A DNA stretch of 64,000 nt, taken from assembly GCA_015521185.1 (NCBI GenBank), contig WAOS01000018.1, forward strand, positions 2,007-66,006. The letters run 5' to 3'. The stretch is from Desulfurococcales archaeon (GTDB taxonomy: Archaea; Thermoproteota; Thermoprotei_A; Sulfolobales; Acidilobaceae). Under the pieces are notes generated by a model, which did not search any database, was not told where the DNA came from, and was given only the letters and a program-made list of their open reading frames with translations. The position numbers were made by a program, and so were the translations under genes. This document shows positions 17,559-25,978 of the stretch, piece after piece. Numbering within the stretch: the first letter of the stretch is position 1; the number at the start of each line of letters is the position of its first letter.

Positions 17559-18929
17559 GTGGATGAGTGGGTTCGACTCGCGGAGCAAGCCCCTATTATA
17601 CGTGTTGAGCCTCCGGGGCCGAAGGCCAGAGAGATCCTTGAGGAGGATCGTAAATATCTCATGCAGTCCTTCGTTAGGTGGTACCCTCTTGTCGTCGACA
17701 CGGCTAGAGGTGCTCTCGTGAAAGATGTGGATGGGAACGTCTATATAGACCTGAACAGTGCTCTGGCCGTTGCAAACATTGGTCATACGCATCCCCGTGT
17801 CGTCGAAGCTATTAAGAGGCAGTCCGAGAAGCTACTGCATTTTTCATTGACTGACTTCTACTATGAGGAGGCCGTGAGAGCTGCTAAGCGGCTCGTCAGC
17901 GTTTCTCCCTTCGAGGAGGGCAAGGTTTTCTTCGCTAACAGTGGCGCTGAGTCTGTTGAGGGCTCACTAAAGGTCGCGCGCGGCCATTTCCGCGGCAAAC
18001 GGCCCTACATCATAGGCTTCCTAGGCGCGTTCCACGGGAGAACAATGGGCGCGCTGAGCATAACCAGCAGCAAGCCTGTTCAGAGGAAGTGGTTCTCCCC
18101 TCTAGTCCCGAATATCATACACGTGCCGTACCCGTATAGTTACAGGTGTCCCTTCCACGCTGAAACGCCGGAGGAGTGCGGAGAGGCCGTGCTATCCTAT
18201 ATCGAGGAGTGGATTCTAGGTAAGATCGTTGACCCCGAGGAGGTGGCGGCGTTCATATTTGAGCCGATCCAGGGAGAGGGCGGGTATATTGTGCCCCCGG
18301 ACAACTTCCTGCCGGGGCTTAGGAAGCTTGCTGACAAATACGGGATACTCCTGATAGACGATGAGGTGCAAGCAGGAATAGGGAGAACCGGGCGCTGGTT
18401 CGCTGTGGAGCACTGGGGCGTAGTGCCCGACATCATCGCGACGGCGAAGGGGATCGCTGGCGGACTACCTCTAGGAGCGATCGTGGGGAAGAGCGAAGTC
18501 ATGAACCTGCCCCCCGGGAGCCATGCATCAACTTTTGGAGGGAACCCAGTCAGCCTTGCAGCAATGAATGCCGTCTTCGAGGTTATAGAGAGTGAGAGAG
18601 TCCTAGATAGGGTAAGCCGCCTCGGAGAGGAAGTACTAAAATTCTTCCGGGACCTATCAGCGGAGGTCAGCCTCATCGGTGACGTTAGAGGCAAGGGCTT
18701 CATGATAGGGGTAGAGCTTGTCCGAGACCGACGCACTAAAGAGCCTGCTAAGAAGGAGCTGGCCGAGCTCATCAACAGATGCTTCAAGCGCGGCGTGCTA
18801 GTGATAGGTGCAGGGCTCAGCGTCGTGAGGATAGCTCCACCTCTAACAATAGAAGAAGAGCTGCTCTGGCGCGCCCTACGCATACTGGAGGAGGAGCTGA
18901 GAAAGCTCGACCGGGAAGTTAGAGCTTGA
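17559..18929 (+). CDS. Class III PLP-dependent aminotransferase (4-aminobutyrate/acetylornithine aminotransferase family)
   Basis: Contains FANSGAESVEGSLKVAR, LLIDDEVQAGIGRTG and the PLP-lysine region DIIATAKGIAGGLP. At 456 aa it is full length. Confidence 0.9.
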   Translation: MDEWVRLAEQAPIIRVEPPGPKAREILEEDRKYLMQSFVRWYPLVVDTARGALVKDVDGNVYIDLNSALAVANIGHTHPRVVEAIKRQSEKLLHFSLTDFYYEEAVRAAKRLVSVSPFEEGKVFFANSGAESVEGSLKVARGHFRGKRPYIIGFLGAFHGRTMGALSITSSKPVQRKWFSPLVPNIIHVPYPYSYRCPFHAETPEECGEAVLSYIEEWILGKIVDPEEVAAFIFEPIQGEGGYIVPPDNFLPGLRKLADKYGILLIDDEVQAGIGRTGRWFAVEHWGVVPDIIATAKGIAGGLPLGAIVGKSEVMNLPPGSHASTFGGNPVSLAAMNAVFEVIESERVLDRVSRLGEEVLKFFRDLSAEVSLIGDVRGKGFMIGVELVRDRRTKEPAKKELAELINRCFKRGVLVIGAGLSVVRIAPPLTIEEELLWRALRILEEELRKLDREVRA

Positions 18930-19146
18930 AGACGAAACCGCTTATCTCCTCTCTAGGCTCTCTCCTCACTACACCTTTCCTAACAAGGTCAGCCAGCACT
19001 TTCCGGAAGAGTCTCGGGTCGACCGGCCCGCCCAGGCGGGCCTCGACATCTCTGAGTATCTCGGCTGGGACTGCCTCCCCCTTAACCCGTATGATCTCAA
19101 GAATCATTTTCTCGAGGTCCTCAGAGCTAACCTTTACATAAGCCAT
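18919..19146 (-). CDS. Small putative winged-helix protein (75 aa)
   Basis: ILEIIRVKGEAVPAEILRDV...FRKVLADLVRKGVVRRE resembles a wHTH. This is a fold guess only. Confidence 0.45.
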   Translation of the reverse strand: MAYVKVSSEDLEKMILEIIRVKGEAVPAEILRDVEARLGGPVDPRLFRKVLADLVRKGVVRREPREEISGFVFKL

Positions 19147-19203
19147 CCCGCGACACCTCCATGAGCCATTGGGTGCGGGAGGCCCTGCCGGCGGTGATAA
19201 ATC

Positions 19204-19458
19204 GTGGCTAGAGACCTCTTAGCTAGTGCTGTGGCCATGTTAAGCCTAGCCGTCATAATAGTGTCGGCGCTCGCAATACTCCTCAGCTTCGCCGTCTGCT
19301 GGCGGCTCGGTCCCCGGGCCTTCTACTGTATTATGGTCATCGTGTGGCTCGGCGCGGCCGCGTATTCTATCTCTAGCTACAGGGGGGTGAGGAGTGGAGA
19401 GCCTGTAGACTCTTCGAGTCCACTTCACGGCGAGGCCCTCACGAGCCATAAGGGATAG
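19204..19458 (+). CDS. Hypothetical two-helix membrane protein
   Basis: Two clear hydrophobic helices are encoded in 19204-19390. The tail overlaps the convergent ORF 19246-19614. Confidence 0.4.
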   Translation: MARDLLASAVAMLSLAVIIVSALAILLSFAVCWRLGPRAFYCIMVIVWLGAAAYSISSYRGVRSGEPVDSSSPLHGEALTSHKG

Positions 19459-19614
19459 TATTCTCCCTGCCGCACGCACGTCTATTCCGAGGAGCGCGCT
19501 CAGCTCCCTAGGCCCGGCATACTCTAGGCCGAAGAGCCTTGTTAGGCTCTCGTGTAGCCTCCTAACGTCTAGGCTCACTCTCACCCTTACTGTGGCCCCC
19601 TCCAAGCCGCGCAC
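19246..19614 (-). CDS. Hypothetical small wHTH-like protein
   Basis: The N-terminal 75 aa or so (…PRELSALLGIDVRAAGRILSLMAREGLAVKWTRRVYRLS) look like a wHTH. The C-terminal 45 aa or so are low-complexity and antisense to the membrane ORF. GTG 19614 sits about 26 nt from the TATA element at 19636-19643. Confidence 0.4.
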   Translation of the reverse strand: MRGLEGATVRVRVSLDVRRLHESLTRLFGLEYAGPRELSALLGIDVRAAGRILSLMAREGLAVKWTRRVYRLSTPHPPVARDRIRGRAEPHDDHNTVEGPGTEPPADGEAEEYCERRHYYDG

Positions 19615-19635
19615 CCCACGCTCACGAGGAGTAGC

Positions 19636-19643
19636 CTTTAAAT
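19636..19643. promoter_or_regulatory. Candidate bidirectional TATA box CTTTAAAT (palindromic TTTAAA core)
   Basis: This is the only A/T element in the 19615-19687 spacer between divergent ORFs. It is centred about 26 nt from GTG 19614 (a leaderless minus-strand gene) and about 48 nt from GTG 19688. Confidence 0.45.
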
Positions 19644-19687
19644 GCCGGAGAGAGAGCCAGCCGGAAGTAAACCGCGGGTGCTACGAG

Positions 19688-19999
19688 GTGGCCAAAGGCA
19701 GGATATACACGCCATATAAGAGAGTGATCGAGACGCTTGGCCTGATACAGCTCGACGTGTACAGGGTTATCGATGAAGAGAAGAAGACGCCTAAAGACAT
19801 CATCAGGATATATAGTCCCAACCCTGTGAAGGTCGTTGTCGTTGACTTAGGTGCCCCCCGGGAGGCCCTAAGCCTGAGCGAGTTCCTGGAGAGGATTGTG
19901 GCCGCGCTGGAGGAGAACAAGATTCCCGTGCCCGAGAGGATTCTCAGGAGGCTAAGGCAGGAGCTCGCCGAGAAGGAGAAACAGAAAGCGGCCGCCTAG
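19688..19999 (+). CDS. Hypothetical protein (about 103 aa)
   Basis: Track ORF 19592-19999 trimmed to the in-frame GTG 19688, downstream of the TATA element. I recognised no motif. The C-terminus is charged and coiled-coil-like. Confidence 0.4.
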   Translation: MAKGRIYTPYKRVIETLGLIQLDVYRVIDEEKKTPKDIIRIYSPNPVKVVVVDLGAPREALSLSEFLERIVAALEENKIPVPERILRRLRQELAEKEKQKAAA

Positions 20000-20949
20000 C
20001 CACTCTTAGCAACAACTCTTAGTGCAACCCCGCCCATGGCGGACTCAACTTCACTCCTTGAGGGCATATTGGCGCTCCCCCTTCTCAAGACCTTCGCGGC
20101 TCCTGCTGACACGGCTGCTCGCAGCGCTATCTCGACACTCCCAGTCTCTAGAAGCCATGCGTTAAACGCGGCATCAAACGCGTCGCCGGCTCCTGTCACA
20201 TCGATTACGTGTGGGGCTCTAAGGAGGCGCGCTTCAATAGTAGAATCGGGTGTGTGCGCCACTGCACCGCCCTCTCCACGCTTGACAACTACTACTCTCG
20301 GCCCCTCCTGGAGTAGCTCTTTGGGGCTTGCATAGCCTCCCGCGCGGGCTATAGTATTTGCCTCTCGCTCGTTCGCCATGAGGATATCAATGCATGGGAG
20401 GCTCTCTAACACGTTGTGAGGCTGCCTATAAGCCTCTCCTCCCGGGTCGTACGATGCTATGAATGAACTCTTCCACCATGGCTCGCTGCATAGCGTATTG
20501 ATTATAGCGGGCCTAACGCTTGCGAAATGGTAGATGTTAGCCTCGTCTACGTATGGCACATCCCTCCCGCTTAGCTTCTCGTTAGCGCCCCTAATAGTAA
20601 CCATAGTTCTGGTCCCCCTAGACGGGACTAGGAGCACGATCACGGTTCCCACAGGCTCGCTAGCCGATACCTGGACGAACTCGATCCTAACGCCCTTGCT
20701 TGCTAACTTGTCGAGGAGGCCGAGCTTGACTGCGTCGCCACCAGCTTTAGCGACAAGATAGGCTTTGTGGCCAAGCCTAGCAGTGGCTACCGAGTAGTTC
20801 GTGGCGGCGCCGCCGAGGCCTATCCAAGAGTCTCTTGCGAAGACGTGGGAATCCTCAAGAGGGTACTCGTCGAGCACCACGCTAATATCGAGGTTTAAGT
20901 TACCTACCGCTACGTGCGTATACCCGCCGCTCTTAGAGCCCAAGCCCAC
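19996..20949 (-). CDS. PfkB/ribokinase-family sugar or nucleoside kinase
   Basis: Contains an N-terminal GG dipeptide region (GLGGAATNYS) and PfkB signature 2 DVTGAGDAFDAAF. Confidence 0.85.
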   Translation of the reverse strand: MGLGSKSGGYTHVAVGNLNLDISVVLDEYPLEDSHVFARDSWIGLGGAATNYSVATARLGHKAYLVAKAGGDAVKLGLLDKLASKGVRIEFVQVSASEPVGTVIVLLVPSRGTRTMVTIRGANEKLSGRDVPYVDEANIYHFASVRPAIINTLCSEPWWKSSFIASYDPGGEAYRQPHNVLESLPCIDILMANEREANTIARAGGYASPKELLQEGPRVVVVKRGEGGAVAHTPDSTIEARLLRAPHVIDVTGAGDAFDAAFNAWLLETGSVEIALRAAVSAGAAKVLRRGSANMPSRSEVESAMGGVALRVVAKSG

Positions 20950-21758
20950 TCACCCTCTCGATCCATACCCGCTAGTATCCGAACGGCCTCGTTAGCCACC
21001 ATGACAGCATCCCTCACCCCGGCTCCCGGCACGAACTCGTTCGTAGCCCTATTGGCTATCGCCGCGCACACGCACCCGGCCCTTGCCCCGTAGATCTGCG
21101 ATACTGTGAATAGCGCGCTAGACTCCATCTCAAAGCCTAGCACGCCAAGCTCCCTCAGCAGCGGGAGCCTTCTGGCTGCTTCCGGAGTCATGAGCCCATT
21201 CAGCCCTGGCCTCGACTGGCCCAAGTAGAACGTGTCGGTACTAGCAACTATCCCCACGTGGAACCTCACGCCCAAGCTCCTCGCTGCAGCGATCAGGCTA
21301 GAGACAATGGCTGGATGGGCGATCGCAGGGTACTCCGGCGGGGCATAGTCCTTGGACGCGCCCTCGAAGCGAACAGCGCCCACGCCAATGACTAGGTCCC
21401 CAACTCTTATGTCGGATCTTATAGCGCCCATTGTCCCAACGCGTATGAAAGTGTCAGCACCGATTCGGAGCAACTCCTCTACTGCGATAAGAGTGCTTGG
21501 GGCACCTATCCCCGTACTCGTCACACTAATCGGCACACCACGATACTTACCCGTGTATGTCACGAACTCCCTATGCCTAGCGATGAGCCTCCTCTCATCC
21601 CACTCCGACGATATTATCTCCGTCCTCCCAGGATCGCCGGGAAGCAGAACGTATCGGGAAACCTCTCCGGGCGCGGCTCCAATATGGTACTGCCTACCCG
21701 ACGAGTCCTCCGCTACATTCGCGCTTCTAAGCCTCTCGCCGCCCAAGACCGCTCCCAT
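20910..21758 (-). CDS. udp: Uridine phosphorylase-like nucleoside phosphorylase (PNP_UDP_1 family)
   Basis: Contains YVLLPGDPGR, GVPISVTSTGIGAPSTLIAVEEL, FIRVGTMGA and FEMESSALFTV. Confidence 0.8.
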   Translation of the reverse strand: MGAVLGGERLRSANVAEDSSGRQYHIGAAPGEVSRYVLLPGDPGRTEIISSEWDERRLIARHREFVTYTGKYRGVPISVTSTGIGAPSTLIAVEELLRIGADTFIRVGTMGAIRSDIRVGDLVIGVGAVRFEGASKDYAPPEYPAIAHPAIVSSLIAAARSLGVRFHVGIVASTDTFYLGQSRPGLNGLMTPEAARRLPLLRELGVLGFEMESSALFTVSQIYGARAGCVCAAIANRATNEFVPGAGVRDAVMVANEAVRILAGMDREGEWAWALRAAGIRT

Positions 21759-21806
21759 ATAATCCTCTACGCTCCTAGAGGGGTCTTAAACTGGGTATGA
21801 TACGCT

Positions 21807-22034
21807 ATGGCCAAGTCTAGGAACAGGGTCGTAGGTGTAGCACTGCTCGTAGTAGGTCTTATCCTCGGAGTGGTATACCCAGCAGTACTAATATGGCTAG
21901 ACGAGGAGCGCGCGCTCAGAGTGATCCTCTATACATTTATCGCTGTCAGCATACTTATTGGCGCCTTTATAGGCGCCGTCGGGCTAGTACTACTTCGAGG
22001 GTTCCGGCCGAGTGGGGCTGAAGATACTGGTTAG
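21807..22034 (+). CDS. Small two-helix membrane protein (75 aa)
   Basis: Two hydrophobic helices (VVGVALLVVGLILGVVYPAVLIWL; ILYTFIAVSILIGAFIGAVGLVLL). Confidence 0.4.
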   Translation: MAKSRNRVVGVALLVVGLILGVVYPAVLIWLDEERALRVILYTFIAVSILIGAFIGAVGLVLLRGFRPSGAEDTG

Positions 22035-23403
22035 AGGCCGTAAGGATGCCAGCGCCGTGAAACACGCGGTCAGAGCGATACAGAAGGATCCATACATCAC
22101 CGTAGAGAGCCTGGGCGGCGTCAGGGGGGACAAGCTCTGCGATCTTGCGCATGAGAGAGCTGAGCCCCTCACCATAGTTCTCCTCGACAGGAGCGCGCCA
22201 CCAAACTGCGTAGTCCGTAAGCCTCTCGTTGAGACTGTTCGCTCTAGCGCTAGCAAGATTAGGAATCTGCCCCTCCAGAGCATAGTCTCCCTAATCTCTC
22301 GGGGGAGAGCGGGCCTTAGGATCCGATACTCCTGGTATAAGGGCTCTATACTTATGTCTGCCCACGTGGGGGAGCCTCTCGAGTCCCTCGAGGTAACCCC
22401 CGAGGGCGATAGTTTCCTCCTCTACAGTAGAGGAATAGAGATGGTATCGAGACTAACCGGAATACCTTCAAGAGTATCGCCTGGAGAGGTCGCGGTCCTG
22501 ATAAAAGCGGGCGGCGGCTCCCACATGCTTTACGGCGGTAGAGAGCCCTCAGTCAAGATGAGGTTCGCAAGGGACTCGACTAAGCCAGTAGTAGAATATT
22601 CTAACCCGCCGATAACAGGTCTCTCCCTGGACGCTCTGCTCGAGACCAACTCAGGGGTTCTCCGCGAGCTCGAGAGGATATCCCTGGAAATGCTATCGAG
22701 AGAGGTTAGGGGCCGAGCCGTAGTGCCTCTCAGCGGGGGAAAGGATAGCTCGGCGGCGCTCATACTCGCGGTCAAGGCTCTCGGACCGGATAGGGTCACC
22801 GCGGTCTACGTGGATACGGGGATAGATTTCGACGAGAATAGGGAATACGCGGAGAGGCTCGCCTCGAGGCTCGGCGTCGAGCTTCTCACAGAGAGGGCAG
22901 ACGTCGACAGAGGCCTCATCATCGAGCGCCTCCCCTTACCCACGGCCAAGAACCGGTGGTGTACTGGGAGGAAGCTGGCGGCTCTCCACAGAGCTATTAG
23001 GCGTGTCGCTTCTAGCGCGAGGATAACGATAGTTGTCGGCGATAGGGATGCAGAGTCGAGCAAGAGGAGCCTCCGCCCGCCTGTGAGGCTCGATGAGAGC
23101 CTTAACCTCCCCGTCGTGGCCCCCCTCAAGTACTGGGCTGGAGCCCACGTCGAGACCTACCTCCACTTAGAAGGGGTAGAGCCGAACCCCCTCTACCTCA
23201 TGGGCTTCCTAAGGCTAGGATGCTACCTGTGCTTCGCCCTGAGGCCCAGCTGGGAGCTACAACTCCTACTACACTCCGGATATTATAAGAGAGTTTTAAG
23301 AGATAAACCCGAGCAGGCCCAACTCATAAAACGCTTCCTCGGGGCGACGCTGGGAGAGGGGTTAAGCAGTGGACGTGGAGAGAAAGCTCGAGCTAATAAC
23401 TAG
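22012..23403 (+). CDS. PP-loop ATP pyrophosphatase / PAPS-reductase-family protein with an unassigned N-terminal domain
   Basis: PP-loop VVPLSGGKDSSAA at residue about 238, a downstream NRWCTGRK motif, and C-terminal LGCYLC. Residues 1-205 or so match nothing I recognise. Confidence 0.7.
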   Translation: MGLKILVRGRKDASAVKHAVRAIQKDPYITVESLGGVRGDKLCDLAHERAEPLTIVLLDRSAPPNCVVRKPLVETVRSSASKIRNLPLQSIVSLISRGRAGLRIRYSWYKGSILMSAHVGEPLESLEVTPEGDSFLLYSRGIEMVSRLTGIPSRVSPGEVAVLIKAGGGSHMLYGGREPSVKMRFARDSTKPVVEYSNPPITGLSLDALLETNSGVLRELERISLEMLSREVRGRAVVPLSGGKDSSAALILAVKALGPDRVTAVYVDTGIDFDENREYAERLASRLGVELLTERADVDRGLIIERLPLPTAKNRWCTGRKLAALHRAIRRVASSARITIVVGDRDAESSKRSLRPPVRLDESLNLPVVAPLKYWAGAHVETYLHLEGVEPNPLYLMGFLRLGCYLCFALRPSWELQLLLHSGYYKRVLRDKPEQAQLIKRFLGATLGEGLSSGRGEKARANN

Positions 23404-24454
23404 GAACACTGAGGAGATTGTAACGATTGAAGAGCTCAAGCAAAAACTCGAGTCTGGGGAGAAGCTGAAAGGGTACATCGGATACGAGCCTAGCGGCCCG
23501 ACTCACGTGGGATGGCTCGTATGGATGTTCAAGGTTAGAGACCTTGTCGAGGCCGGGATAGATTTCACAGTTCTCGAAGCTACGTGGCACGCATACATAA
23601 ACGACAAGCTTGGCGGGGATATGGAGCTGATAAGGGGTGCCACGAAGATCGTGCGCTTGACTATGGAAGCTCTCGGCATCCCAATAGAGAAGATACGCTT
23701 TGTAGACGCCGAGGATCTCGCGTCCGACAAGAGGTACTGGGAGATAGTGATTAGGGTCGCCAAGAAGAACACTCTCAACCGCGTGAAGAGGGCGCTCACA
23801 ATTATGGGTAGAAAAATGGATGAGGCCGAGCTAGATAGCTCGAAGATCATCTACCCGCTGATGCAGGTCAGCGACATATTCTATCTTGACCTAGACATAG
23901 CGCTCGGCGGCCTAGACCAGAGGAAAGCTCACATGCTCGCGAGGGATACCGCTGAGAAGCTCGGGTTCAAGAAGCCGATTGCTATACATACACCAATCAT
24001 ATCGAGCCTACGCGGGACCGGGAGAATGGATGTCTCCGGGCTTAGCAAGGACGAGATCGCTGCCCTCTATAAAATGTCTAAGAGCGATCCCTCTAGCACA
24101 ATATACCTCCACGAAGACCCCGAGGCGATAAGACGAAAAATAAGGAAGGCCTACTGTCCCGCTGGGGTCATAGAGAATAACCCCATAATAGAGATAAACA
24201 AGTACATACTCTTCGCGCAGCCAGGCTTCAAGCTGGTCGTAGAGAGACCCGAGAAATACGGGGGCACAGTGGTCTACGAGAGCATTGACGACCTCATACG
24301 CGACTTCAGAGAGAAGCGCCTGCACCCTGCGGATCTGAAGAGAGCCACCGCGGAGGCTCTCATAAAGCTACTGGCCCCCATTAGGGAGAAGCTTCTCAGC
24401 GATCCCGAAACTAGAGAGTTAATCGAGAAAATTACCGGAAGCATAACTAGATGA
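23369..24454 (+). CDS. tyrS: Tyrosyl-tRNA synthetase
   Basis: Archaeal TyrRS pattern: GYEPSGPTHVGW (HIGH-equivalent), QVSDIFYLDLDIALGGLDQRK, and KMSKS (YKMSKSDP). Confidence 0.95.
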   Translation: MDVERKLELITRNTEEIVTIEELKQKLESGEKLKGYIGYEPSGPTHVGWLVWMFKVRDLVEAGIDFTVLEATWHAYINDKLGGDMELIRGATKIVRLTMEALGIPIEKIRFVDAEDLASDKRYWEIVIRVAKKNTLNRVKRALTIMGRKMDEAELDSSKIIYPLMQVSDIFYLDLDIALGGLDQRKAHMLARDTAEKLGFKKPIAIHTPIISSLRGTGRMDVSGLSKDEIAALYKMSKSDPSSTIYLHEDPEAIRRKIRKAYCPAGVIENNPIIEINKYILFAQPGFKLVVERPEKYGGTVVYESIDDLIRDFREKRLHPADLKRATAEALIKLLAPIREKLLSDPETRELIEKITGSITR

Positions 24455-24601
24455 CGCCTCTGGGGCGACACTCGCGCATATAACCTGTCTGAGCCTTACC
24501 CTATAATCTCCCCGGCCCCAGTGAGTGGGGCGGAGCTGGACTATTCCAGCCGAGTGGCTGCTGTACAGTGCGTTGCGTGGGATACGTGGAGGGGTGCAGG
24601 G

Positions 24602-25978
24602 ATGAAAGAAAAGAGTGTTAAGTCTAGCATGAAATATCTCATAGTGGCAAGCCTTGAGGTCAATGGAAGAGTTGACGAGCACGATATTATCGGTGCAATC
24701 TTCGGTCAGACCGAGGGTCTCCTTGGGGAGGAGTTCAACCTAGAAAAGCTACAGAGCAAGGATAAGATAGGCAGGATACGCGTCGAGATAAAGAGGCAGG
24801 GCACAAAGACTGTAGGCAAGATCTACATTCCTAGTAATCTTGATAGGGTGGAGACAGCTATTCTAGCTGCAATGCTCGAGACAGTCGATAGGATAGGCCC
24901 CTTCGACGCTAGGATAAAGGTAGAGGAAATACGCGATCTCCGCCAGGAGAAGATTAAGAAAATAATTGAGAGGGCAAAGGAGCTCGTTGCAATGCTAAGG
25001 GAGCAAGAGCCGGATCTCAAAGCAATAGTTAGAGAGATCGCGGGCACAGAGGTTCCGAGGCCTTCCAAGATCAAACTAATAGAGTACGGCCCCGACAGGC
25101 TTCCGGCCTCTCCCGGCATAGAGAAGGCCGATACCATAATTGTTGTCGAGGGCCGGGCCGACGTTGTGAACCTAATGAGATACGGCTATGATAATGTTAT
25201 AGCACTAGGCGGGGCTCGGGAGAAGATTCCGAAGACAATAGTTGACTTGTCGAAGAAGAAGAAGGTTATCGCCTTCGTCGATGGTGACAGGGGAGGGGAA
25301 ATCATTCTCAAGACGCTACTATCCCAGGCAAAGGTTGACTACGTCGCACGCGCCCCTAAGGGTATGGAAGTCGAGCAACTAACCGGGAAGGAGATCTACG
25401 AGGCACTCTCAAACATGGAGCCTGCCGAGATAGTGAAGAAGAGACTAGGAATCCGCGGCCCCGAGGAGGTAAGGGCCGAGGAGAAGCCCGCCCCACCGCC
25501 GGAGGAAGCTAAGCCCGTAGAGGCCGCAGCCCCCGCCCAGACCGTGGCAGTAGAAGAGGCTAAGCCCGCCGAGCAGGCCGCAGCCCCAGCATCCGCTCCC
25601 GCCCCAGCAGAGGTGCCTCAGCCAGCCGCTGAAGCTGTTCAGGCTCCCAAGCCACAGGTCGAGACAGGGCTTGTAGCTCAGATACCGAAGAGCGTGCTCG
25701 ACACGATAAAGGAGCTGAGGGGCACGCTGGAAGCTGTGTTCTTTGACGCCGAGTGGAAGCCTATTAAGAGGGTAAAGGTGAGGGACCTCTACGAAGAGAT
25801 AAAGAAGCTAGAGCCCGGCACCGTATACGCTATCGTATTCGACGGCATCATAACTCAGAGGATAATGGATGCCGCGGCGGAGAAGGGCGTTAAGGTTCTC
25901 ATAGGTAGCAGGATTGGGAGTAAGATAAAGGCGAGGCCCTCGGGAATAGTTACGCTTGCATTCTCGGATCTAGTCTAG
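24602..25978 (+). CDS. dnaG: Archaeal DnaG-like primase (Toprim protein, exosome-associated)
   Basis: N-terminus KYLIVASLEVNGRVDEHDIIGAIFGQTEGLLG, then Toprim IIVVEGRADVVNL ... FVDGDRGGE. The start was moved to ATG 24602 (ATG 24629 is also possible). Confidence 0.9.
   Translation: MKEKSVKSSMKYLIVASLEVNGRVDEHDIIGAIFGQTEGLLGEEFNLEKLQSKDKIGRIRVEIKRQGTKTVGKIYIPSNLDRVETAILAAMLETVDRIGPFDARIKVEEIRDLRQEKIKKIIERAKELVAMLREQEPDLKAIVREIAGTEVPRPSKIKLIEYGPDRLPASPGIEKADTIIVVEGRADVVNLMRYGYDNVIALGGAREKIPKTIVDLSKKKKVIAFVDGDRGGEIILKTLLSQAKVDYVARAPKGMEVEQLTGKEIYEALSNMEPAEIVKKRLGIRGPEEVRAEEKPAPPPEEAKPVEAAAPAQTVAVEEAKPAEQAAAPASAPAPAEVPQPAAEAVQAPKPQVETGLVAQIPKSVLDTIKELRGTLEAVFFDAEWKPIKRVKVRDLYEEIKKLEPGTVYAIVFDGIITQRIMDAAAEKGVKVLIGSRIGSKIKARPSGIVTLAFSDLV
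25478..25663 (+). repeat. Ala/Pro/Glu-rich low-complexity coding insert with an imperfect direct repeat, inside dnaG
   Basis: It encodes EEKPAPPPEEAKPVEAAAPAQTVAVEEAKPAEQAAAPASAPAPAEVPQPAAEAVQAPKPQVE. The DNA repeat units are GAGGAAGCTAAGCCCGTAGAGGCCGCAGCCCC (25502-25533) and GAAGAGGCTAAGCCCGCCGAGCAGGCCGCAGCCCC (25553-25587). Confidence 0.8.

Noticed and set aside
17559-17585. A tRNA T-loop-like GGGTTCGACTC near 17568.
   Set aside because: There is no complementary T-stem, acceptor stem or anticodon arm around it, and it is in frame within the aminotransferase N-terminus (MDEWVRLAEQ).
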